Shown here piece after piece: positions 53,465-64,000 of a stretch of 64,000 bases of DNA. The notes beneath the pieces were generated by a model. It saw only the letters and a list, made by a program, of their open reading frames with translations, was not told where the DNA came from and ran no database searches. The translations under genes and the position numbers were made by a program. Every line of letters begins with the position of its first letter. Position 1 is the first letter of the stretch. The DNA comes from the human T2T-CHM13v2.0 reference genome, Homo sapiens. The stretch lies in the NCBI RefSeq assembly GCF_009914755.1, contig NC_060947.1, one strand, 5' to 3'.

Positions 53465-53876
53465 TTTAAATTTTCTTAATTTTACTTTAAGTTCTAGGAT
53501 ACAAGTGCAGAATGTGTAGGTTTGTTACATAGGTATAGGTGTGCCATGGTGGTTTGCTGCACCTATCAACCCGTCATCTAGGTTTTGAGACCCACATTCA
53601 TTAGCTATGTGCCCTAGTGCTCTTCCTCCCCTCACCCCCACCCACCGACAGGCCCCGGTGTGTGTTGTTCCCCTCCCTGTGTCCATGTGTTCTTATTGTT
53701 CAACTGCCACTTATGAGTAAGAACATGCAGTGTTTGGTCTTCCATCCCTGTGTTAGTTTGCTGAGGGTGATGGCTTCCAGCTTCATCCACGTTCCTGCAA
53801 AGGACATGATCTCATTCCTTTTTATGGTTGCATAGTATTCCATGGTGTATATGTACCACATTTTCTTTATCCAGTC
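53465..53876 (-). mobile_element. L1PA7/8 3'UTR fragment
   Basis: tttactttaagttctaggatacaagtgcag...ttctttatccagtct. Confidence 0.88.
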
Positions 53877-54930
53877 TCTCCCTCCCTTCTCCATAATTTT
53901 TTGGATAATTTGAGTAGAATTATAATTAGTTCTTTCTTAAATATTTGATAGAATTCAGCAGTGAAACCATCAGGTTACTGCTTCTATCTCATTACTCATA
54001 ATTAGTTTGCTCAGATTTTTTATTTTTCCATGGCTCACCATCTTAGGTTATATATGTAAATACTTTTTTTTAGTTTTTCAAAATTACTGGCATATAGTTA
54101 TTCATAATAACTTCTTTCTTTCTTTCTATTAATTTAAGGTTTGGCATGTTGTTGCTCTTCTAGTTCTCAAAGGTGCAGCATGAGGTTGTTTATAAACTCT
54201 TTCTACTTTTTTGATATATGCATTTATTTCTATAAACTTTCCTCTTAGTACAACTACTAATGTATCCCATGGGTTTTGATATTTTGTATTTCCATTTTAT
54301 TTTTCTGTCAAGAAATTAAGATTTTTTCCTAAATTTCTTTATTTACTTATTGTTTGCTCCACAGCATGCTATTTAATTTTCATGTATTTGTTTAGTCTCC
54401 AAAATTCCTCTTGTTATTGATTTCCAGTATTATTTAATTGAGGTCAAAGAAGATATGTGATATTATATATATATTTTTTTAAATTGTAAGACTTTCTTTG
54501 TAGCCCAATATGTGTTCTCTCTTGGAGAATGTCCATGAAATGATGAGAAGGTTGTGTATTTTGCAGTCATTGGATAAAATGCATCCTTTTCTCTCAGATT
54601 GAACAATTCCCTTTAGTGTTTCTTATATGACAGTTCTAGTGGTTATGAAATCCCTCATCTTGTTTGTCTGGAAAACTCATTATATTTTTTTCATGTTTGA
54701 AGGAAACTCTGGTAGGCACAATAGTCTAAGTTCAAAGTTTTTTTTCCTTCATTATTTTGAAGATAGCATCCCACTCTCCTCTTTTCTGTAAGATTTCTGC
54801 TGAGAAGTTTGCTTTCAGACTATCAGAGCTCCTCATAAGTTATTTGCTCCATCTTACCGATTTTATGGTCCTTTCTTTGTTCTTGACCCTAGAGTTTGAT
54901 TTTTTTTTCAAATTTTATTTTAAGAACAGG

Positions 54931-55296
54931 GGATAAAGAAAATGTGGCACATATACATCATGGAATACTATGCAGCCACAAAAAAAGATGAGTTCATGTC
55001 CTTTGCAGGGACATGGATGAAGCTGCAAACCATCATTCTCAGCAAAATAACAGAAGAACAGAAAACCAAACACCACATGTTCTCACTCATAAGTGGGAGT
55101 TGAGCAATGAGAACACACGGACACAGGGAGAGGAACATCACACACTGGGGCCTGTCGGTGGGTGGGAGGCTAGGGGACAGATAGCATTAGGAGAAATACC
55201 TAATGTAGATGACGGGTTGATGGGTGCAGCAAACCACCATGGCACGTGTATACCTATGTAACAAACCTGCATGTTCTGCACATGTATCCCAGAACT
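54931..55296 (+). mobile_element. L1PA 3'UTR fragment without poly(A) or TSD
   Basis: ggataaagaaaatgtggcac...catgtatcccagaact, then directly antisense L1 ORF2. Confidence 0.85.
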
Positions 55297-58200
55297 GGAT
55301 ATTAGGCCTTTGTCAGATACATAGTTTGCAAATATTTTCTCTCATTTTAGAAGTTTTCTGTTTACTCTGTTGATGGTTTCTTTTGCTGTGCAAAAGCTCT
55401 TTCACTTAATTATGTCCTACTTGTCAAATTTTGTTTTTGTTGCAACTGCTTTTGGGTACTTAGATATAAATTTTTTCCAAAGGATGATGTCCAGATGGTG
55501 TTTTCTAGATTTTCTTCTATGATGTTTATAAGTTTAGTCTTACATATGTCTAATCAATCTTGAGTTAAGTTTTGAATATGGTGAAATGTATTTTGCACAT
55601 GACTAGCCAGTTATCTAAACACCATTTATTGATAGGTACTTCATTCCCCATTGCTTGTTATTGTCAACTTTGTGGAAGACCAGGTTGTTATAGATTTGAA
55701 GCTTTATTTCTGGGTTCTCTATCCTGTTCCATTGGTCTAGGTGTCTGGTTTTATAACAATATGATGTTGCTTGGTTACTGCAGCCTTGTAGTATAATTTG
55801 AAGTTGAATAATGTGATGCCTCCAGCTTTGTTCTCTTTACTTAAAATTGCTTTGGCTATTCGGGCTTTTCTTGGTTCCATATGAATTTTAGAATAGATTA
55901 TTCTAATTCTGCAATAACTCACATTGAGAGTTTGATGGGGATAGCAAGGAATCTGTAAATGGCTTTGGGAAGTATGGCCATTTTAACAATATTAATTCTT
56001 CAAATTCATAGGCATAGAATGTTTTACTTTTTTTGTCATCTCTGATTTATTTTAGCAGAGTTTTATAATTCTCAAACTAGAAAACTTTCACCTCCCTGGT
56101 TAGCTATATTCCTAAGTATTTTATTATCTTTGTGGCTATCATAAATATATTACATTCTTCATTTGGCTCTCAGCATGAACATTATTGGTGTATAAAAGTA
56201 CTACTGATTTTTGTGCATTGATTTTGTATCCTGAAACTCTAAGTAGTTTATCAATTCTAGGAGTCTTTTGGCAGAGTGTTTAGGACTTTCTATGTATAAG
56301 ACTATATAATCTGTAAAGAGAAATAAAATGACTTCCTTTCTTTTATTTGGATGCCTTTTTTTCTTACTCTTGCCTGATTGCTCTGGCTAGGACTTCCCAG
56401 CACTATGTTGAATAGGAGTGATGAGGGTGGGCACCCTTGTCTTTTTCCACTTCTCAAGGGGAACACTTCCAGCTTTAGTCAATTTAGGATAACATTGGCT
56501 GTTAGTTTTTCAATGATGGTTCTTATTATTTTGAGGTATGTTCTATGGTGCCTAATTTTTAGAGGATTTTTAACATTGGAGGTATGATGAATTTTATCAA
56601 AAGCCTTTTCTGCATTCATTGAGATAGTCATATATTTTTTAAAGGAAATCTGTTTATGTGGTTAATCACATTCAGTGATTTGCATATGTTGAGCAATCTC
56701 TGCACCCCAGGAATAAGACATTAATTACCTTCTTTATATGCTTCAGGATTTCATTTGCTAGTATGTTGTTGAGGATTTTTGCATCTATGTTCATCATAGA
56801 TGTCGGCCTGTAGGGTTTTTTTTTTTTTTTTTTTTTTGTATTGGTGGGCTTAGGTGTCAGAATGATTCATGCTTCACAGAATGAGTTAGGGAAGACTCCC
56901 TCCTTGACTTTTTGGAATAATTTAAGTAGTATGGGTATCAGATTTTCTTTGTACATCTGGCAGAATTTGGCTATGAATCCGTTTGGTGCAGGGCTTTTTT
57001 CTTGGTAGTTTTTAAATTACTGATTTAATTTTGGAATGCATTATTGGTCTTTTCAGGGTTTCAGTTTCTTTCTGGTTCAATCTTGGGAGGTTGTGAGTTT
57101 CCAGGAATGTATTCATTTCTTCTGTGTTTTCTAGGTTGTGTGCAGAGAGGTGTTTGTAATAGTCTCTACAGATTTTTTTGTGTTTCTGTGTGGTCACATG
57201 CAACATAATCTTCATCACTTCTGCTGGTGCTTATTTGGATCTTCTCCTTTTTTTTTTTTTTTTTTGCTAATAGATCCCCTAGTGTTTTGGTCTTGTCAAT
57301 TCTTCCAATGATTCAACTTTTGGTTTTGTTGATCTTTTGTATGGATTTTGCTATCTAGATTTTGCTCAGCTCTTAATTTTAGTTATTTCTTTTTAAATAG
57401 TAACTTTAGAGTCTCTCTTGCTTGTCTAGTTCCACCAGGTGTAATGTTAGGGTATTAATTTGAGATTTTTCTAATTTCTTGATGTAGTTGCTCAGCATTC
57501 TCCACTTCCCTCTTAACAGGTTTTCCCTGTGTCCCAAGATGCTGGTATGTATTGACTCTGATTTCATTAATTTCAAAAAGTTTTTTTGGTTACTGCTTTA
57601 CTTTCAATCTTAACCAAAAAGTCATTCAGGAGCATGTTGCTTAATTTCCATGTAATTATGTGGTTTTGAGGGATTGTCTTGGTATTGATTTCTATTTTTA
57701 TTGCACTGTGGTCTATGAGTGTAGTTGTTATTATATATTTTTTAAAATTAGTTTGGATGTGTTTTATGGTGGAGCATATGGTTGAGCTTAGAATATATAC
57801 TATATACAGATGAGAAAAACTGTTAGTTGGAGTATTCTGTAGATAGCTATTAGGTCCAATTGATCAAGTATAAAGATTTATTCCAGAATACCTTGGTTTG
57901 TTTTTTGCTTTGATTATCTGTGTAACTTGTCAATGGCATGTTGATGTCTTCCACTTTTACTGTGTGGTTGTTTCTGCATGTTTTTGTGGCTGCAGGTACT
58001 GGTCTTTCATTTCCATATTTAGCACTCACTTAAGGACCCCTTGAAAGGCTGGTCTGACGTTAACAAATTTTGTAGCATTTGCTTGTCTGAAAAAGATTTT
58101 ATTTCTCTTTCACTTATGAAGTTAGTTTGGTAGAATATGACATTCATGGTTGGAATTTCTTTTGTATAGGGATGCTGATTATAGGCCTCCACTCTCTTCT

Positions 58201-59850
58201 GGTTTCTAAGATTTCTGCTGAAAGTTCTGCTATTAGCCTGATGGGGTTCCATTTGTAGGTGACATGCTCCTTCTCTCTAGCTGCCATTAACATATTTTCT
58301 TTCACATTGACCTTGAAGAATCTGATGACTCTGTGCTTTTGGCATGGTTGTCTTGTGTAGTATCTTGCAAGGGTTCTCTGCGTTTCCTATATTTGCATGT
58401 CAATCTCTCTAGCAACATTGGGGATGTTTTTATGGACAATATACTCCAATATTTCTTCCACATTGCTTGCTCTCTCTGTCTCTTTCAGGAATGCCATTCA
58501 GTCTGAGGTTCTGTCTTTTTATAGAATCCTGCATTTCTCAGAGCTTTTGTTCATTTTTTCTCTATTCTTCACCATTGTCGTCCTATGTTGAATCAAAGGA
58601 GAAGTTTCTGAGTGCTGATACTTTTTCCTCAGCTTGGTCTGTTACGTTATTAATGCTTCCAATTGCACTCTGAATTTCCTGCAGTGAATTTTTCATTTTC
58701 AGATCAGTTTGTTTTTTCTTAAAATGGCAGCTATCTTTCAACTCTTGAACTATTTTATTGTGTCCCTTGGATGTTTTTCAAGTTTCTCTTGTATGTTGAT
58801 GAGCTTCCTTGCTGTCCAGATTCTAATTTCTATGTGTGTAATTTCAGCCATTACAGTCTGCTTAAGAACCATTGGTGAGTTTGTTTGGAGGTAAGAAGAC
58901 ACTCTAACTTCTAATGTTGCCAGAGTTCTTGCACTATTCTTTCTTTCTTTCTTTCTTTTTTCCATCTGTGTGGGCTGATGTTCCTTTAGTTTTTGGAGTT
59001 GCTGCCTTTTGGATGAGGCTTTTGCTTTTTTCTTTCTTTGATGTTCTTGAGGGTTTGACTGTTATAAGTTAGGTTTAGTTGATTGGCATCATTTTCAGAT
59101 GCTTTCAGGGGCTAAGACTCAGCTGAGCACTCCTGGGCTACATGCTCTATCCCTGGTGAACTGGGACCTGGCCCACAGCTTTGTTCTTTTGCCCCTTGGG
59201 GGTTAAATATCTGTTGCCCTGGAGGGGCCAATGTGTTCCCAGCCCATTGGTGACAACACTAACAGACGCTGCTAGCAAAGGTACTCCAGTGGGCTTGTGG
59301 TCATCCCCCACATGGGTGCACGCCAGTGGGGCAGCAGGGGTCCCAAAGCTTGCTCATGCCTGCAGGGTGGTGTGTTTTCCATACGCATGTGCATGCTGGC
59401 AGGGTGATGAGGGGAGACTGTGGGCAAGCATACACCCACAAGGGAAGGCTGTGGGTGGTCATGTGCTGCTGGAAGTCTGTCTGCAAAAACACTCAAACAG
59501 TTAAGCAGGGCTTGCCACTGAGGGATCGATGGCAGTGGATGCTGGTAAACAGTGGAGGCTGCACTGCAAGTGGCTGTAGCTAGGCAGGACCCTGGCAGAG
59601 GTTAGCAGATAAGGGGGAGCTCAGATCAGACTGGCCCTGTCCCACAGGCAACACAGCCATGTTCTTTTCGGTTCCAACAAAGGCTAGAGCTGCCTGGTGG
59701 AATATGGCAGTCTTTGGGGAATTGGCAGCCATGGCTATGCTCCACTGCAGTCATTTCTACACAAAACCTCTGGACTCCATACAGGCTGGAGTTCTGTCTC
59801 TGCCAACTCTCCAGGCAGTTCTCCTTGCTAGCTCAGGTGTACGTGGTGGT
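55297..59850 (-). mobile_element. Long decayed L1 (L1PA15-16/L1PB-like) with internal deletion near 57970
   Basis: ORF2 remnants (55737, 57012), ORF1 remnants (58019, 58750), GC-rich UTR to ~59850; its T-rich tail probably lies at 54900-54930. Confidence 0.82.
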
Positions 59851-60034
59851 TGTGTGTCAAATGTCTTTTCCTATATTTATCTCTGTATTGTATAAACTCA
59901 TACGAAATAACCTTGCATTGCTTTTTAAACATTGAAATATATCATGCACAGCATATATAAGTGATAACGTATTCAGATAAGATGTTGATTATTATAAAGG
60001 AAAGCACAAAATGTCAGCATCTAAGGTTAACTTA

Positions 60035-60235
60035 GGATCTGTCAGAGGGTCCATGAAGTCGAAATTATTTTATAATAATGCTAAGATATAATTGGCCTTT
60101 TTCATTATGTTGACATTTGTAGTCATGTTTCAAAAGCAATGTTATCCAAAGTGGCTGCACCTTAGCATGAACAAGGCAATGACACTAAATTGCACTGCTA
60201 GTCATTGTATTCTTTACTGCTACACACTGTTAGTA
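60035..60235 (+). mobile_element. Charlie1-like hAT DNA transposon fragment
   Basis: gggtccatgaagtcgaaattattttataataatgctaaga...ccttagcatgaacaaggcaatgacac resembles the recalled Charlie1 terminal region. Confidence 0.6.
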
Positions 60236-60279
60236 AAAATATAAATAAAAACAAAAGTTACAAAAAATGTAAAAAAGGA

Positions 60280-63200
60280 TTGATATCAGCAAGACCATTT
60301 AGAAGCTCTTCATACTTTTCCCTCTCATAAAACAAGGGCAAAAACAATGAATAAACAACTACATTTTAACTATATTATCTGAAAAAGAATGCTAGAGCAC
60401 AGCAAAGGAGTAGCAGAGACTCTGTGGAACATGCAGGCTCAGGATGGCTTCATAGACAAGGAAGCAAAGTACTCTGCTGCTGTTACTTTATCTCCTCAAA
60501 TGGGATTCACTCAGAACTAAGGGGGACTTCCCTCTGCACCAGAAAGTAAGAAGGAGGTTTCTAACAGCCCCTCTTAAGATCATGGATGTCTGCAGTCCTT
60601 CCTGCTGAAGAATCCTGCAGTTCTCACAGATGCTGAGCCAAGTTTGGAAAGCTGCCAGGATTTCACACAGCTGCATTGTTAAAGAAAGAGCCCACATTTG
60701 CCCCCGTTCTTATTTGACCTAAGCTGCTGCTGCACAGTGCTATCTTATAACTGGAGCCACTGCTATATTGTGTCTTGCTCATGAGGGCAATAACCACTTC
60801 ATGCCTCCATCCCTGAGGTTTTGCCATCATTACACCATGCTCATACCTAGTAGTACACCATTACTCAGCCAAACTATTATGGGTCACTCCCCTTTGGAAC
60901 AAGCTGCCTAGGAGGTCTTCCATCTACCCCATTCCAGTGTCTACCATACCCCAACCCTGGTTACTCCAAGCCTGGCTCCAGCAAAACAGCTGCAAATCTA
61001 GCAGCCAAATACACAAGGCACACTGAACCCACCCCCACCCCCAAACCCAGAGAATAGTTAGTGCTGTGCACAGCACAGAAGCTGAGTACAAAGAGCTAGG
61101 CCCCTGCATGCACCCTCAGTGGACAAACTAGGCTGGTGCTTTGCCTATGTGGGAGCAGTGCACAAGCTTGTGGGCAAGCTCAGCACTCTCTTGATGTGAG
61201 AACCAGCCTGGTGTCCTGCCCCAAGGGGAACAGCAGACAAGCAGAGGACCAGCTGTATGCTCTCTTGGCACACAAAAGAGCTTGGTGGCATACCCCATGG
61301 AACAACACACATATGAATGCATAAATCGTGAACTCCCTCTGCATGTGGAGCAGCTTATGTCCCACCCACAGTGGAGCAGCACCAGAGACACTGATGCTCA
61401 CAAAGGCATTGCTGGTGTTGACTACAGCTGAAGGAACTGCATAGAGACTATGCTATTGCACTCACTGGAATCAAAGCCAGCATGCTCTACCCAGTCAAGC
61501 CCTAGGAAACATCAGCAGGTAAAAGTATCTCCACATGAAAGACACTTGATAATATTGGAAAAGATAACCATTCCACCTTATGCATGGGTATTAATATAGG
61601 GACACAAGACACATGAAAAGTCAAGGAAATATGACATTACCAATGAAACACAATAATTTTGTGGTAACTGACCCCCCAAAATGGAAATTTCTAATTTTTT
61701 TTAAAAAGTAATTCAAAATAATGACTCAAGAAAACTCAGAAATATACAAGAGTACACAGACACACACTGCAACAAAATCAGAAAAACAATTCATAGTATG
61801 AATGAGAAATTGATCAAAGAGATACATATAATGGAAAAGAAACAAACATAAATTGTGGAGCTGAAGAATTCAACCAACGAAATAAATAAGACTGAGAGCT
61901 TTAGCAGTATACTAGATCCAGCAGAAGAAAGAATTTTTAAACTTGAGGAATGTGTTTTGAAACAGTCCAGTCAAAAGGAATAAAAATAAAATAATGTAAA
62001 AGAGCAAATAATGTAAAAGAGCAAATGAAATAGGTGGTACATCATTAATCAAACAAACTTCTGCATTCTAGAGATTTCAGTAGAAGAGATGGAGAAAAGC
62101 ACAGGAAGCTTATTTAACAAAATAGTAGCTGAAAATTTCCCAAATTTTGGAAGAGATGTGGATATCCAGATCCATGAAGCTCAAAGGACTCCAGATTCAA
62201 CCCAAAGAGGTCATCTCTGAGGCCTGTTATAATCACACTGTTAAGACCTAAAGAATTATAAAAGAAACATCAGAAAATTGTCAAGTCACATATAAAAGGA
62301 TCTCCATCTGACTGACAGCAGATTTATCAGCTGAAACCTTGCAGGCCTAAGGAGAATGGGATGGTATATCAAAGTGCTGGGGAATAAATTGAGGTAAAAA
62401 TGCCATACCCAACAAAACTATTCTTCCAAAATGAAAGAGAAATAAAGTCTTTACCTGACAAACAAAAGTTGAGGAAACTCACCATCAATTATCTTTACAT
62501 TAAATGCTTAAGGGAGTGATTCAGCTGGAAGTAAACATATAGTTACTAAGAGGAAATCATATGAAACTATAACTAATAAAGGTAAATTTGTTGTGAAATT
62601 CAGAACACTCCATTATTATAAAGTAATATAATTTTTCAAATCTCTATGAAGGTTAAAATCACAATGGTAAATAATACCTATAGCTACAACAAGTTGTAAG
62701 TGGACACAAAATATTAAAACATGCAAATGGAGATACAAAGTTATGAATTTTAAGAAATCTAGAATGTATGTGACCAAACTTATTATCAACTTAAAATTAT
62801 TTATTGTAACTGTAAGCTTTTCATGTAAGCCCTATAGTAGCCACTAACAGCAAATTACAGCACATAAACATATAAGAAAGGGGAAGGAATACAAAGCTTA
62901 TTACTATGGAAAACCCCCAAATGACAAACGTAAAAAAATGAGAGGTGAAGAAAGGAACAAAGGATACAAAATATTTAACAAAATGGCCGAAGCTAGTCCT
63001 TAGTAACCAATAATAACCTTAAATGTAAATGAATCAAATTCTACAATTGAAACATATAAAGTGGATGAATAGATAAAAAAATATAACCCAGATAAGAAAA
63101 ACATAACCCAGCTGTATGCTGCCCATGAGAGACGCATATTACCTGTTTTTCCAGTTCCAGTTGTTACTGGAAAAAGAGACTAAGAAGATCATTATATAAT

Positions 63201-63880
63201 GACAAAAGTTGATTCAGCAAAAGGATATAACAATTGTTAATATATAGGCACCCAACACTGGAGCACACAAATATATAAGGCAAATATTAGATATAAATGG
63301 AGAGGTAGCCTGCCATATAATAACAGTTGGGGACTTCATTCACTTTCAGCAATGAAATGATTATCTAGGCACAAAATTAATGAAAACTCAGATATAAACT
63401 ATACTCTAGACCAGGGGTCCCCAACCCCCAGGCCATGGACCAGTACCAGTCCATCGCCTGTTAGAAACTGGCTGCACAGCAGAAGGTGAGTAGTAGGTGA
63501 GTAAGCATTACCACATAAGTTTTGCCTTCTGTTAGATCAGCAGCAGCATTAGATTCTCATAGGAGCATGAACCCTTTTGTGAACTGAGTATGCAGGGGAT
63601 CTAGGTTGTGTGCTTCTTATGAGACTCTAATGCCTGATGATCTAAGGTGGAACAGCTTCATCTCAAAACCATCTCACCTCACAGTGCATGTAAAAATTGT
63701 CTCCCATGAAACCACTTCCTGGTGCCAAAAAGTTTGGGGATCACTGCTCTAGACCAAATGGTACTAATAGACATTTACAGAACATTCCACCCAACAGCTG
63801 CAGAATACACATTCTTGTCAACAGCATGTGGAAGTTACTCCAGGATACATCATATGTTTGGCCACAAATAAGTATCAAAA
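60280..63880 (+). mobile_element. Old L1M/L1MA 5' half (UTR, ORF1, ORF2 endonuclease region)
   Basis: ORF1-like aaggaaatatgacattacc..., ORF2 start-like aataaccttaaatgtaaat, EN remnants to ~63870. Confidence 0.75.
63412..63746 (+). mobile_element. MER1B hAT-Charlie MITE, complete
   Basis: TIRs CAGGGGTCCCCAAC / TTTGGGGATCACTG; perfect 8-bp TSD ctctagac; 335 bp. Confidence 0.92.
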
Positions 63881-63889
63881 ATTTGTTGG

Positions 63890-64000
63890 TTTTTTATTTT
63901 ACTTTATTTTCAACTTTTATTTTAGATTGAGGGAGTACATATGCAGGTTTCTTGCAAAGGTCTACTGCATGTTTGTCATATAATTGAACCTGTCACCCAG
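63890..64000 (-). mobile_element. Start of another antisense L1 3' end (runs off the window)
   Basis: T-rich tail then tcaacttttattttagattgagggagtacatatgcaggttt. Confidence 0.7.

Larger units (their letters stand above)
48235..54900 (-). mobile_element. Patchwork of ancient L1M/L1MA fragments, including separate L1MA-type 3' ends at ~50960-51695 and ~51695-52040
   Basis: T-rich antisense ORF2/ORF1 remnants interrupted by younger inserts; boundaries approximate. Confidence 0.65.

Noticed and set aside
34243-64000. Further FAAH2 exons or nested RNA genes
   Set aside because: I found no match to the expected next peptide (VVPNKGQFP...) and no tRNA/snRNA-like sequence by eye; exon 6 probably lies beyond the window.

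Overview
Primate (most likely human, Xp11) genomic DNA from the middle of FAAH2 (fatty acid amide hydrolase 2, amidase-signature family), transcribed on the + strand. Only three coding exons are present: 3430-3566, 24434-24643 and 34123-34242 (exons 3-5 by my recollection of the gene). They join in frame, and each carries one residue of the Lys-Ser-Ser catalytic triad. The rest is intron, by eye about 85-90% transposon-derived: many nested L1s of several ages, four Alus, MIR and hAT-Charlie relics, and microsatellites. Nearly all ORFs in the supplied track are L1, Alu, LTR or microsatellite remnants, and I see no new protein-coding system. The most unusual features are: (i) five independent solo LTRs from four ERV families (MER11, LTR5, two LTR7, MLT2A1), each with its own TSD, within 11 kb around exon 4, including an HERV-H LTR inside an HERV-K LTR inside an L1 inside an older L1; (ii) a rearrangement junction built from serial hairpins at 14.3 kb; (iii) a twin-primed L1 insertion and an apparently non-classical one; (iv) inverted L1 pairs around two frame-symmetric exons. 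Subfamily names come from remembered consensus sequences, and boundaries of old repeats are approximate.
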